64,000 nucleotides of DNA, from NCBI RefSeq assembly GCF_001194135.2, contig NC_068995.1, positions 39,161,497 to 39,225,496 of the forward strand, given 5' to 3'. This document shows positions 1 through 13,115 of the stretch, one piece after another. Within the stretch, counting starts at the first letter, position 1, and every line of letters begins with the position of its first letter. Under the pieces are notes generated by a model that saw only the letters and a list, made by a program, of their open reading frames with translations, searched no databases and was not told the origin of the DNA. This DNA comes from Octopus bimaculoides (taxonomy: Eukaryota). A program made the position numbers and the translations under genes.

Positions 1-2267
1 ATTTAAAAAAAAAAACATTTAGAGCGCTTCACTCCAAAAGTCTTAGAAAAAGTAAATGAAAAGGATAAAACAAGCGTAAATGGTCCACGTGCACAAGGAG
101 CAAAGGCTGGCACTTCAACATCACTTACTGGAATATCAACTGCAAATCAAACAAGTGTTACAATGTTCTTTACTTCTGACAAAATAACGATAAGAATGAC
201 TGCAGAAACATTTACGAAGTATCTTATTGAATTAGTTGTACAAAATACCATGTCTCTTAGTTTATTTTTACAGCCAGCATTTCTTCAACTCAGTGGTGAA
301 ATGGCTAGAATGTTTGATGTTTCATCAGACAGGCAAAGTATCAGAAAACTTGTTGTTAACGAAGCAACTGCAAAAAGCGAAGAATTGCAGAAAAATCTCC
401 AGGGCTGGTACATGTTTTTGAAAATGAGGCAGCTACAAGGCACAGAGTGAATTATTTTGGAATAAATGTAAGATTTGTTAACGATGATGGTAAGACTGTG
501 ACAAAGACACTGGATGTTAAAGGCATCAAAGCAAGTCATGATGGTAATTACCTTCAGTCCTTTCCTTGATAGAATATGTTATGAAAGAATATCAAATTCA
601 AAAGAAAGAGGTTATCTGCTTTGTCACGGATAATGCATCAAATATTAAGAAATTGCTGATCATGAAAGAACTACTGTAAATCTCGAAGAAGAAGAAATAA
701 AAGAACTATCAGAGGAATCGGATAACACTCTTGATGTTGCTCTCTCACTTGCTGAAGAGGCTTCAAAAAGTTGCCAAATACGGCACATTCGCTGTGCAGT
801 GCACATCTTACAAATTGCTATAATGGATTGTTTCAAAGATCTGCATGAAGCAACTGTGATTAGTAAATTAAGGCAAGTAGCGATAGCTGCAAGAACACAC
901 AAGATTGATGCTATAATCAGAAGACGAGCTGGAAAAGGAGCCATACTTGATCAAGAAACCCGCTGGGGTAGTACTTATATGATAGTAAAAGGTAGATTGA
1001 ATTAAAAGCTGACCTGGAGGATATTGATAACCCTGCAATATCATTGAGTGACATACAATGGAACTAGGCAACTGAATTAGAGGTAGAAAAACCTCTTGTT
1101 CTTCCATATGCCGTTATCAAGAATCTACAAGCTGTAGATTTCACTGCAATACAGTAACTGTGGGAATGGGAAAATTTGATATTCAAGCATAGTAGAATAG
1201 GAGGCTTAATTGCTTATAGGATAGTAACTTCTATGAAAAGAAGAGAAGCTCAATTGACAGAAAATGAGATATTGCTGTCTACAGTGTTCGTTGATCCAAA
1301 TTCTGTTACATGACAATCAAATTACTAAAGCAAAGGAAACTCTCTGCAATGCTGCTATAGAAATAAAGGGACTATCACCCATCTTGTCAGAAATGCAAAA
1401 TCCAGACATTCACAATATTTCAATGGAGTCCGAGTCTCAGTCATCATCTTCCAATGACGGTGAGAATTTTGGTAAGTATCTAGAAAGACTGGCAAAAGAA
1501 AAAGCGAAGACCAAAAACAAAAAAAAAAACCTTTGGATAGAAATGAACCTGTCAATATTAAGTTTTAAAATTCAAAGAAGAATTCCATACAGCACTGAAA
1601 GAGATAGAGAAATATATCCGTTCATGTGCAACACCACTGATAGAACTTACTCAAAGTTACTCTAAAATCGTCAGAGAAGCAGCTAGCACGGTGACAGCTA
1701 TTCTTCCTGCTCGAGTTAGTGTGGGAAGACTTTTCTCTGCTCTAAAACATGTCAAGTCAGATCTCAGAGCTTCATTAAAGGAAAATGTTGCTGATGCTAT
1801 TTTATTTCTTAGGACTTGAAATTAAATTTATGATTTCTCTGAATTGTTCAGTTTTATGCCAAAGGATGTTTTAATGTTTAAAATAAACTTACTTTTATTT
1901 CTATTTTATTTACATTTATGCTATAGGAATTATGAAAGATTTATAAGAGCTTTTGTTACAAATACGCATTGGCTTTTTCTTTCAATAAAATAGCATTAAA
2001 AATTCAATCTTTCAAGCGATCCTCATTATATACTTGGTAGTGATGAAATGCCATTTTGGTTCATGACTGAATTGAACGATGATATTAGAATATTTCCTAA
2101 CCACCCTCATGCAGACAGTATAGTAATACTATTTTGCTGTATTTTTTATGTGATTTATGCGATTTCATGCTCGTAGGCGCTCCCCAGCTTAAGAATAAGT
2201 ATATTTTCTACTATAATTAATTAATAGGATTTGGAGTCGCAGGTTTCGGCTACCGATTCAACAGCCC

Positions 2268-2269
<2 letters not shown>
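1..2269 (+). mobile_element. hAT DNA transposon relic; right end present, left end outside the window
   Basis: Decayed hAT transposase followed by a terminus ...accgattcaacagccctg (reverse complement CAGGGCTGTTGAATCGG), then a (TA)n run. Confidence 0.82.
163..1819 (+). pseudogene. hAT transposase pseudogene (frameshifts and stops)
   Basis: Motifs across frames: VTDNASNI, RCAVHILQIA (CxxH), ETRWGSTY, and the C-terminal dimerisation region PARVSVGRLFSALK..SDLRASLKE..ADAILFLRT*. Confidence 0.88.
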
Positions 2270-2305
<36 letters not shown>

Positions 2306-2644
2306 GAGAGGGGGAGATGGGGATAAAGGGGGAGAAAAACAGAGATATATAGAGAGAGAGGAGAGAGAAAGAGAGAGAAACTATGTGTACCTAATTAGAG
2401 TCTTAGAAAAGCGCATGAAACAAATAATTATTACAAGTTTCTACAATAGTCTTTTCCATTTCCTCAGAAGCTCAAATCAACTAATCAAAAGAGAATAAAA
2501 TTGTAACCTTCCAAGGCCAAATTAAAATTTTTTGTTTACGTTCGTTTTTGCCTTTAGCCTACGAATCAGCTCTAAATTGATCACTAATGAAATCCAAGCG
2601 TAATGTATTCATGTTTTATCTTTGAATTGTTTCATTTTATTAGA

Positions 2645-2825
2645 CTACGACCATGCTGGGGCACCTCCTTGAAGAATTTTAATCGATTGAATAGACCTCA
2701 GTACTTCTATTTTTCAAGTTCTGGTACTTATTCTATCGGTCACTTTTGCCGAACCGCTACCTTACGGGGACTAAACACATCACCATCGGTTGTCAAGTGA
2801 TGGCGGGGACAAACACAAACACAGA
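2645..2825 (+). mobile_element. SINE-type repeat fragment (ttttgccgaaccgcta...ggggacaaacac family)
   Basis: Similar to copies at about 3690-3890 and 53690-53900. Confidence 0.55.
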
Positions 2826-3689
2826 ATATATATATTCTGAGCCCAAGACCATGTGTTTCGAAAGCAAGTTTATTACCATAGAGTCTGCGCCAATAACTGT
2901 ATATCTACAAATAGCTTTATCCAATGTGACCTTATTTTCAATACGGTAGTGTATGACTTGTGGTGAAATATGTTTGCTGATTTAAGGCAACAGCGTTAAC
3001 AGAACAAACAGTAAGTATTAAAAGTGTGAGCGACGCAACATACAGATTAAACTAACGATGACCTCGTTTTATTATTATCTCTTGAGAAACATGTTATTAT
3101 TGCGAGCCATTTTATTGTTTTTTTCTCGAGAGCCATTTTCCTTTACGTCCATCATTAAGTTTGAAATCAAATTATGAGATATGATTTGTTCCTACATCCC
3201 ATCAACCTTCCTGCAAACCATAAATTTCTTTCAGCAAACACAACAGTATACTATATTATTAGAAATGTTAACGTTGTTAGGCTTCGTTAATTATATTTTT
3301 GACAAATTGATGCGCAAATCCATTCGGGAATGGGTACACGAATTTCGTGTTAGCTTTTCTTAATTTCTGTATCTTAGTCAGTTATAATGGATTCGTTTGC
3401 AGAAAGCGTGTTGGACTAACTTCATTACGTATGGATTCAAAGCGTGAAGAAATGTGTAATGGTAGCTAATGAATTGTAACTATGATAAGGACAAATATAT
3501 ACGCATATGATGTCAAACACATAAACACATGATATACGACAGAAAATATATAATACAGATACATACACGTATATATGGGTACATTTCACATACAAACATG
3601 CAAAAATGATCACGCTCACCTAAACGTACACACACACATGCATATGAATACGTATATATCTTTTATCATTTATATTTTGTTTGTTAAGC

Positions 3690-3890
3690 CTTTGGACTGT
3701 GGTCATGCTTGGGCTCTGCCTTCAAGGATTTAGTGGAATAAATCGAAACTAGTACTTTTACATCTTATTTAAACCCTGGTTCTAAGACTATCGTTCTATT
3801 TAGCTGAAACGCTAAACTACAAGCTAATACCAATTTTCAAGTAATGGGGAGAGGGAAACACGAACACAAAGAAACATACACGCAAGCACA
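3690..3890 (+). mobile_element. Degenerate SINE-type repeat fragment
   Basis: Same family as 2645-2825 and 53690-53900. Confidence 0.45.
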
Positions 3891-4045
3891 GACGCACACG
3901 CATATATATGACATGTTTCTTTCATTATCTTTCTGACTTATCTACTCATAGGAATCTGTGCGTTTGTGTGTAGGTATATGCGTGTGTGTGTGAGCGTGTG
4001 TGTGTATGTGCGTGTGCATGTGAGAGTGTATGCATGTATGTATGT

Positions 4046-4223
4046 ACGTGTGTGTAGGTGTGGCAATAGAGTAGGAAGCTTCCTTGTCAAACACATGGTC
4101 CTGGGTTCAATCTCACTGCGTGTCACCTTGGGCAAGTGTTTTCTGCTACAGACTCGGGACGACCACAGCATCATGAGTGGGTTTGGTAGAGGAAAAATAA
4201 AGAAACCCGTCGTGTGTGTATAT
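4046..4223 (+). mobile_element. tRNA-derived CORE-like SINE
   Basis: B-box-like gggttcaatctc followed by the CORE-like gtcaccttgggcaagtg. Related copies at 11268, 15650, 17200 and 53955. Confidence 0.7.
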
Positions 4224-4290
4224 NNNNNNNNNNNNNNNNNNNNNNNNNNNNNNNNNNNNNNNNNNNNNNNNNNNNNNNNNNNNNNNNNNN

Positions 4291-4333
<43 letters not shown>

Positions 4334-4399
4334 TACTTGTGTGTGTCTTTCAGCTTATTTTTGTCCCCTCATCACCGCTTAACCATTAAGCATTAAGTA

Positions 4400-4995
4400 T
4401 TAAGATTGTAGCTTAATTCCATTGTTTACAGTAGTGCTTGGAAGTAACGCGTTTAACGTTTGATCGTCGCATGGACACTGACGGACAAAGTTGACCAGAG
4501 AATGTCCATCAAATTTTGCCAAAAGCTTGATGGTACTTCCTCAGAGGCCTACCCAAAGTTTTCAAAAAGACTTCATCCTTCTCGACACAATCAAGGAGTT
4601 CTTGTGCAACTGAAACCAGAGTGCATATTTGGTAAGCTGAAAGTTTTGGCACAAACTTGGCAGAGGCGGGTCTCATGCCTAAATTGTCTAAGATAATAGA
4701 CTGAACTGAACTGTAAATAATCTGCACATCCTCTGATAATTCACGGATGGAGAATCGACTATTTTCCCTGACAGATGCACGCAAATCTGCGATGTTTCTC
4801 AGTTCTCCTGGTTGCAGGTCTCCCAGAATGTTCGTCACTAACGACACTTTTCTGGCCATCTTGGAAAAGTCTGGACCTTGTATGCGACTCATACACTCCT
4901 CTCCATACACTTTCTGCAAATTTGTGTAGGTCTCTAAGCAAGTATTGCCATGACAGTGTTTTTTTTTCCAATTATGATCAATGCGATTATCACGA
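4400..4995 (-). mobile_element. Non-autonomous mariner derivative (5' transposase fragment with an inverted copy of the 5' end); outer TIRs lost
   Basis: Minus strand reads [11 protein letters not shown]...VRENSRFSIRELSEDVQI..SVQSI...LGMRPASAKFVPKL. Plus strand reads DQRMSIKFCQKL. Same architecture as 43198-44074. Confidence 0.8.
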
Positions 4996-5251
4996 TCAAT
5001 ATAAATGAAGATATTCCCTCCGTCTCGTTGTTTTTCTCTCTCAAAAATGGAAAGTTACATTGTGAAACTGTTCGTTTTAACGAGTTGCATTTATATATTT
5101 ATCACCTGAGGAGATACCTCTGCACTACCGGATGCTCCTGAACCAACTGTTGAGTGTTCCACCCAAGAAGGATCGATGCTAGATGTGTCGAAACGATTGT
5201 GATTAATAATACATTCCCGTATATTCCATCCTCTGTCTTTCATTTGTTATA

Positions 5252-5341
<90 letters not shown>

Positions 5342-5711
5342 NNNNNNNNNNNNNNNNNNNNNNNNNNNNNNNNNNNNNNNNNNNNNNNNNNNNNNNNNNN
5401 NNNNNNNNNNNNNNNNNNNNNNNNNNNNNNNNNNNNNNNNNNNNNNNNNNNNNNNNNNNNNNNNNNNNNNNNNNNNNNNNNNNNNNNNNNNNNNNNNNNN
5501 NNNNNNNNNNNNNNNNNNNNNNNNNNNNNNNNNNNNNNNNNNNNNNNNNNNNNNNNNNNNNNNNNNNNNNNNNNNNNNNNNNNNNNNNNNNNNNNNNNNN
5601 NNNNNNNNNNNNNNNNNNNNNNNNNNNNNNNNNNNNNNNNNNNNNNNNNNNNNNNNNNNNNNNNNNNNNNNNNNNNNNNNNNNNNNNNNNNNNNNNNNNN
5701 NNNNNNNNNNN

Positions 5712-5763
<52 letters not shown>

Positions 5764-5859
5764 TCATACATATACACACACACATACACACACACATATA
5801 TCTATATCTATCTATATATATATATATATATACATACATACATATATATACATGTATAT

Positions 5860-5899
<40 letters not shown>

Positions 5900-6061
5900 C
5901 GATATACGCATTTGAAACATTAAATTCACGTGACTATCTGGAAATAATAGGGAATATATTCCCATTACATGGCATGATGCTGTGAATTGGTCAGAGAGAT
6001 TGGTCCATAGACTTGTATTAAAATCACGCTTTAAACTGAAATATGTTAAACATTGTAGCTC

Positions 6062-6325
6062 TAGTGTCTGGGGAGAGTCATTTTCTTTCTGTGCCTTATC
6101 ATTTAACACACCGGAAAAATCCACTTATTTCTTGCAACATTTTCAATAGTTAAGACGTAAAGAAAATTTTAGGAAAATAAAAAATGTGGAATAAGTGGAA
6201 ATTTTACCGAGGTGTGTGATAAATTATAAGGCACAAAAATAAAATGACAATCCCCAGACACAACAGAATTTGCTTCAACACACGAACTGAAATAAAGAAT
6301 CTTGCAAACCAAATCCCAAAACGAA
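6062..6325. mobile_element. Palindromic MITE (partial)
   Basis: Arms gagagtcattttctttctgtgccttat...ccacttattt and aataagtggaaattttacc...aaggcacaaaaataaaatgac are inverted. Same family as 35520-35880. Confidence 0.7.
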
Positions 6326-6489
6326 ATGTTGTTTTCTGTAGTTACGCTGTTCGTCTTCTATTAGATCATGTCAATGAAGTTATGTTTATAGCAAGATCTG
6401 CAGTATCATGCCTTCTACTGGCATGTATACATTTAGTATGATACACGAACGAAGATATATGCGCCTGTGTGTGTGTGAGATATATGGGC

Positions 6490-6524
<35 letters not shown>

Positions 6525-6674
6525 TGTGTCTGTGCGTGCGTGTGTGTGTGTGTGCTTGAGTGAGTGTGTGTGAGATCGCGCGTGCGCGTATCAATGAATT
6601 GAATAGATTCATAGAAATACAAACACAGACTGATGGATATATATAGTTATATAGATAGATAGATAAATAAATAA

Positions 6675-6717
<43 letters not shown>

Positions 6718-6718
6718 C

Positions 6719-6756
<38 letters not shown>

Positions 6757-8175
6757 NNNNNNNNNNNNNNNNNNNNNNNNNNNNNNNNNNNNNNNNNNNN
6801 NNNNNNNNNNNNNNNNNNNNNNNNNNNNNNNNNNNNNNNNNNNNNNNNNNNNNNNNNNNNNNNNNNNNNNNNNNNNNNNNNNNNNNNNNNNNNNNNNNNN
6901 NNNNNNNNNNNNNNNNNNNNNNNNNNNNNNNNNNNNNNNNNNNNNNNNNNNNNNNNNNNNNNNNNNNNNNNNNNNNNNNNNNNNNNNNNNTATATATATA
7001 TATAATTAATAAGTCTTAGGGTAGCAAAATATTAAGAAATTTAATTTAATTTCCTACCAGTGGTGTAGCGAGAAAAAAATTAGTCAACAGACTATATTAT
7101 TCATGTAAAATACAGTGTACATCTAATACACATTAGAGATGCCCAGAAAAGATACCCGTACATACATATATACATATACATATATACATATATATATACA
7201 TATATACATATATATATACATATATACATATACATATATATATACATATATACATATACATACATATATATACATATATACATATGCATATACATATGCA
7301 TATATACATACATATATATATACATATATGCATACATATATAACTATATACTTACCTATCGCTGTTGTTTATTGCATTATTCCTGTATATATTTGTTTCC
7401 ATCAGTTTTATGAAATACATCAAAGTACAAATAAAGACACAAACACTGACATGAATAGAGAGAATGCTACTGTCGAATAGTTACAGCGTATGAGAACGTG
7501 ATAGGGGAAATTTACGTGAAAAACAAAGAGATAGTGATGAACGTGAGAAAATGAGAACAGAATTATAGAAAATCACCTTTGAGGAACAAAGCTATCAAGT
7601 GCACATGACACACACTCCAATGCTACATATAATAAATGATTATTTTATAATACATAGACTCGCTTCTTCTACCTGAAGGCTTTTATTTGTAATTGCTGGC
7701 AAGATTGTGAGGATATGAGTGTAAATCTTCCTCCTTTTCTGGATGTATATACGTACACATCTGCAACGTTTTATAGCATAATATATGCGTGTTTAATATT
7801 GCTAAGGTATTTCTAAGAAGTTCTTGGCAGTTATTATTTGGTTCTCTGAATACTATTATTATATTATATATTGCAAAGTATGAAAAAGAAGAAAAAAACA
7901 TTCTGCTAGGACACATAGGCAATCATTCATATACAAATGAGATTGTCTTGGCCGGAACAAAGTTTGCAATGAGGTCTTTTCAATGTATATAATCGCTGCT
8001 GAAGTGCATTGGAGTCAATCATTTACCGAACCACATACAATTATGGAACGCCTGAGTTTAACTTTTTGCTCTAGATTTACTAACCGTCAAAACCTGAGAT
8101 AATTGGTGTATGTCTTGTTTGTGTGCGGAGTCTAAATTTATAACTGAAATGAGCCGACAACAATAATAATAATCA

Positions 8176-8380
8176 TTTCTATTAAGGACACAAGGCCTTA
8201 ATTTTTTTGGGAGTAGACTTGTCGATTACATCGACCTCAGTGTTTTACTGGTACTTAATTTTCGTCCCGAAAATGATAAAAATGCAAAGTGGACATTGGC
8301 GGAATTTGAACTCAGAACAAAGATGGGCGAAATGCCGCTAAGCATTTTGCCTGGCGTGTTAACGATTCTGCCAGTTCGCC
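8176..8380 (-). mobile_element. tRNA-derived SINE (GGCGAGCTGGCAGAA-headed family)
   Basis: Reverse complement of the 45813-46040 family head and body. Confidence 0.75.
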
Positions 8381-10914
8381 GAATTAACAATCAGAATAAT
8401 AATAATGATAATAATAATTATTATATTACTGAAGCAAGAAAACCCCATACGATTATAGATGAGGAAAGAAACAGACACGGTCAAATCACAGACGTATGAT
8501 AACAGAGTGTATACCAAAAAGGTTGAGAATTATTGGCACCTAGAGAGAGAGAGATGAAGAAGTTTTAGTGACGAAGGAAACAATTATTCCCGTGATGATT
8601 AGTGAGTTGTCGCAACACCCAAACTCCTACCAAAGAGACAAAATGATATTGGAATTATCACTCGCATTGTCGAACTGCCGAAGAGTGCGAGAATCCGAAG
8701 ATAGTTTCCTAAGATAGTTTCCTGAGATTTGAAGAGACGCCTTCACACTAAACCTCAAGATAACGTCCCTGTTAATTAAGTTAACATGGAAACATAAAAG
8801 AAAAAATAGTAACTTGAATACTGGCATGACAACGTACTGTAATATGTTTAGTATGTAACATATTGAAAAGTTAAGACGTTATCCGCTCACTTCAAAAACT
8901 CATGCTATTAACGGCATATAAGTAGCAAGGGATCGAGAAAAAAACAAATGATCAAAGAATAGACAAGTGGATGACATGATTAAATTTCTTGCTGCGATGT
9001 CAGTAGGCAGTATCTCGATAGTAAAAACCATTTAATCTCTTATATCTGATTTCTAACAATGAACCGAGCTAAGGCTAATTATGAGATAATATATATATAT
9101 ATATATATANNNNNNNNNNNNNNNNNNNNNNNNNNNNNNNNNNNNNNNNNNNNNNNNNNNNNNNNNNNNNNNNNNNNNNNNNNNNNNNNNNNNNNNNNNN
9201 NNNNNNNNNNNNNNNNNNNNNNNNNNNNNNNNNNNNNNNNNNNNNNNNNNNNNNNNNNNNNNNNNNNNNNNNNNNNNNNNNNNNNNNNNNNNNNNNNNNN
9301 NNNNNNNNNNNNNNNNNNNNNNNNNNNNNNNNNNNNNNNNNNNNNNNNNNNNNNNNNNNNNNNNNNNNNNNNNNNNNNNNNNNNNNNNNNNNNNNNNNNN
9401 NNNNNNNNNNNNNNNNNNNNNNNNNNNNNNNNNNNNNNNNNNNNNNNNNNNNNNNNNNNNNNNNNNNNNNNNNNNNNNNNNNNNNNNNNNNNNNNNNNNN
9501 NNNNNNNNNNNNNNNNNNNNNNNNNNNNNNNNNNNNNNNNNNNNNNNNNNNNNNNNNNNNNNNNNNNNNNNNNNNNNNNNNNNNNNNNNNNNNNNNNNNN
9601 NNNNNNNNNNNNNNNNNNNNNNNNNNNNNNNNNNNNNNNNNNNNNNNNNNNNNNNNNNNNNNNNNNNNNNNNNNNNNNNNNNNNNNNNNNNNNNNNNNNN
9701 NNNNNNNNNNNNNNNNNNNNNNNNNNNNNNNNNNNNNNNNNNNNNNNNNNNNNNNNNNNNNNNNNNNNNNNNNNNNNNNNNNNNNNNNNNNNNNNNNNNN
9801 NNNNNNNNNNNNNNNNNNNNNNNNNNNNNNNNNNNNNNNNNNNNNNNNNNNNNNNNNNNNNNNNNNNNNNNNNNNNNNNNNNNNNNNNNNNNNNNNNNNN
9901 NNNNNNNNNNNNNNNNNNNNNNNNNNNNNNNNNNNNNNNNNNNNNNNNNNNNNNNNNNNNNNNNNNNNNNNNNNNNNNNNNNNNNNNNNNNNNNNNNNNN
10001 NNNNNNNNNNNNNNNNNNNNNNNNNNNNNNNNNNNNNNNNNNNNNNNNNNNNATATATATATATATATAGGATGCCAGATGTATTTGTGTCCACTTAATT
10101 ATCAGGATATTATCCTCTTCAAACCAATTAAAACATTTTTGTTTCTTTCAGACCCCACAATGCCAAATCAAACATTAACGAAAGATTAACATTATAATCA
10201 TTTGGAACACAGTTATATAGAAATTAACATTTATCTAAATGATGCAAAATTTATTGCACGAATATTTTTGAATGGATTAGTAGCCTTTGCTGCTAATGCA
10301 TGACCTATTTTAAAGAGAAGATATATTCTCCATGTTCGAAAAGTGTAAGGACGTTAAAATTCATTCAACGGGTGCAAAACATTGGTGGTGATGATCTCTG
10401 AAAAATAATGAGCGCCATTTCCAGAGAACTTCGGGTGTTGGATTGGACTACCAGCCCTGTGTTGCACAAGGACTTTTGATATAAGTCGTATGTACTGAAG
10501 ACAAATCAATTCATGCGTGAATCTGTTATATACGTGTCAAGAAGTTATTTATCAAATAGAAAAACTTTCAAGGACATGGTTTTCTTTGGTACTACTCTGA
10601 TCACAAAATCTTCGACCAATACTAAAAGTCTGACAGAAGAAATAACATGTGGTTGTGTGCAGGTTTTTTTTTCATGTCCTCTGAGCAATGCATGTTAAAA
10701 TTTTAGCAACTGCGATAGTTTTAGTTGTAACGAAAATAATATCACACTGTTTCACATCTTTTCACGGGGTTTTTGAATCAATGTTGCTGAATACGTTTAC
10801 GTGCTGGACTGGAGACTGGATGAATGAAGTACGCAGAGGTTTCATATATTATATATATGAATAAATGGTCTCCAAGGTTGTAGTTCATCATCATTCTATA
10901 TAGCAAATCCATCG

Positions 10915-11320
10915 TTGTATTTAAATATCTCACTTTATGTGTCTCTCAAAGCCTCTCTCTCCCTGCATCTCTCTCTCTCTCAACCTCTTCTCTCACACCC
11001 ATCTTTCTCTCTTTTCCGAATTAAAAAACAATCCCTCTATCCCTGTAAAAAGAGTAAAGACATCATAAAATTAAAGTGCACTTCCAGATAACCGTATCCG
11101 AGGCTTAATTTCGATCTACACTGTGAACCAATTCATATTCCTTTGCTGTATCACAAATCTCACAGAGCGGTTTCTTTTAAATCATCATTAATGCTTTATA
11201 TTAATGCAATCTGTACATGCACCTCAGTCAACTAGAAAACTCACTTCACTTATAGCACCATCATAATGGGAGGCATGGCTGTGTGGTGAAGAAGTTTGCT
11301 TCCCAAGCCTTGATGACTGG
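10915..11320 (+). repeat. Local duplicated block, copy 1
   Basis: aaagacatcataaaattaaagtgcacttccagataacc...gcaccatcataatgg plus a SINE head. Also at 14185-14590 (direct) and 17330-17690 (inverted). Confidence 0.85.
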
Positions 11321-11520
11321 ACTGAAACTGAAAGAAGCCCGACATGTCTCTTTGTGTGCCCTGTGTTTATATTTATCCCCTACTAACACTTAACAACTGG
11401 TGTTTGCTTATGTGCATGTAACTTATAAGTTTCACAAGTAAAAAAAAGTAAAAATATACTAGAGTCGATTTGATCGACTAAAAGTTTCATAGAGGTGCCC
11501 CAGCATGGTTGCGATTTAAA
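11268..11520 (+). mobile_element. CORE-like SINE, internally deleted
   Basis: ggcatggctgtgtggtgaagaagtttgcttccc head, gaaactgaaagaagccc, and ggtgccccagcatgg tail. Confidence 0.6.
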
Positions 11521-12644
11521 GATTAAATCAAAGAAAAGACCTTTCGAAACCAATTTTTAAATTGTTCATGAAACACGGGGGCTGTTTTGCATTATCATAC
11601 CTATATTTTAAGACAGTCACAATTATATTTATATATATAAATTGTTAATAAGGAAGTAAGGAAGAAAATCAAGAATTATGGATGTATGAATAATTTGTGT
11701 GATATAACGAGGTTAACAGATTTTTTTTGATATCTTTACTTGCATCTATAATTCACTAGCTAAATACATACGCATAATATATATGATCTAACTTCTTAAA
11801 CTTATTACTAATTCGTCTGTATCCTTTCAAGAAATATGTTAACCTTTGTAGTATATGCTCATAAAGTTCCCATGAGATTCGGCCACATATAGTTGAAAAT
11901 AATTGCTAAAGGTTCATGAATCGAAATATATAATTAGGTATTTGGTATCTGCCATTTCTTTTACAGCTTTATAATTTATTCGTATTGTTTTTATAAAATC
12001 ATAGAAATAAATTATTTATACATCCATAGATCTCCATTTTCTTCCTCTTATTATTATTGACATGTATTACTATTATAACCCCTAACACATTGCCGATACT
12101 TTCTCCTTATATGATAGTGATTAACCAATGAGATTTTGGGATTATTTAATCCCTAATGACATCCTACAATTGATTATATATATATAATAACATCTTAACG
12201 GCGTGAGCGTGGGTGTCTGTTCCCAAGGCCACGGTGGTGAGGATGTGTATATGTCTATATGTGTAACTGTCAACATGTGTATATTTATCTTTCTTAATTT
12301 CATTTTCTAATGCATATCCTTTGTCATTTTTATTTTATTATTTTCCTTTAAGTGATGTATTCACTATGAACTATAGCCAGACTCATTAACCGGTTACAAC
12401 CCGGAAATTGTACCTATACCTGACCATTATAGCCAACAACTTAATGGCAACAACAACATGCCAAGCGAAACCAAGGTATCTTCTTTAGAACAAGACACCA
12501 GATGAGTTGCATTCTTCACTGGAGAAGCAACCCAATCAGTTGTACAGTATACCACCAGTAAGGGACCGATGCAAGATGGGTCGAAACGATCGTTGTGATG
12601 AATAAAGGTTCTCTTGGACGCCATTTTCTCTTTCCCTTATTCAC

Positions 12645-12700
<56 letters not shown>

Positions 12701-12710
12701 NNNNNNNNNN

Positions 12711-12755
<45 letters not shown>

Positions 12756-12931
12756 TGTGTGTGTGTGTGTGTTCGTGTGTATGTATGTTTATAAAGTTCT
12801 GTTGGTTTGTTAGCAACTGGCTTCAACCTTTTCCAGATGGACTTAAATTAAACTCAAACGAAAATCCTATATATATACAGACATGCAAACAGGTAGACAT
12901 ACAGACAAATAGACAGACAGAGGGACAGCGT

Positions 12932-12992
<61 letters not shown>

Positions 12993-13049
12993 TGTGTATA
13001 TGAATGTGCATAAATCTGAACATCTAATTAAAGGGCTCACTCTACTTAC

Positions 13050-13115
13050 GGGGCAGTTTATTATAGTCTTGTGTAGCTTCTGGAGTTGTCGCTCTTGCTG
13101 TCGACGCAGTTTTGT
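13050..13115 (-). CDS. ECT2L: ECT2L-like DH-PH junction exon ([22 protein letters not shown])
   Basis: ttattatctttcag acceptor, CCC|gtaagt donor, 66 nt, phase 0-0. Ends in I..CP as the vertebrate junction does (recalled). Confidence 0.88.

Noticed and set aside
3280-3430. Minus-strand EWICAS and VQHAF peptides resembling the ECT2L C-terminus
   Set aside because: The two motifs are in different frames, separated by stops and extra sequence, with no usable splice sites.
10490-10640. Minus-strand AG-preceded segments (LLVLVEDFVIRVVPKK, HTTYIKSPCATQGW*) as ECT2L 3' exons
   Set aside because: No convincing similarity, early stops and weak donors; no continuous frame could be built.
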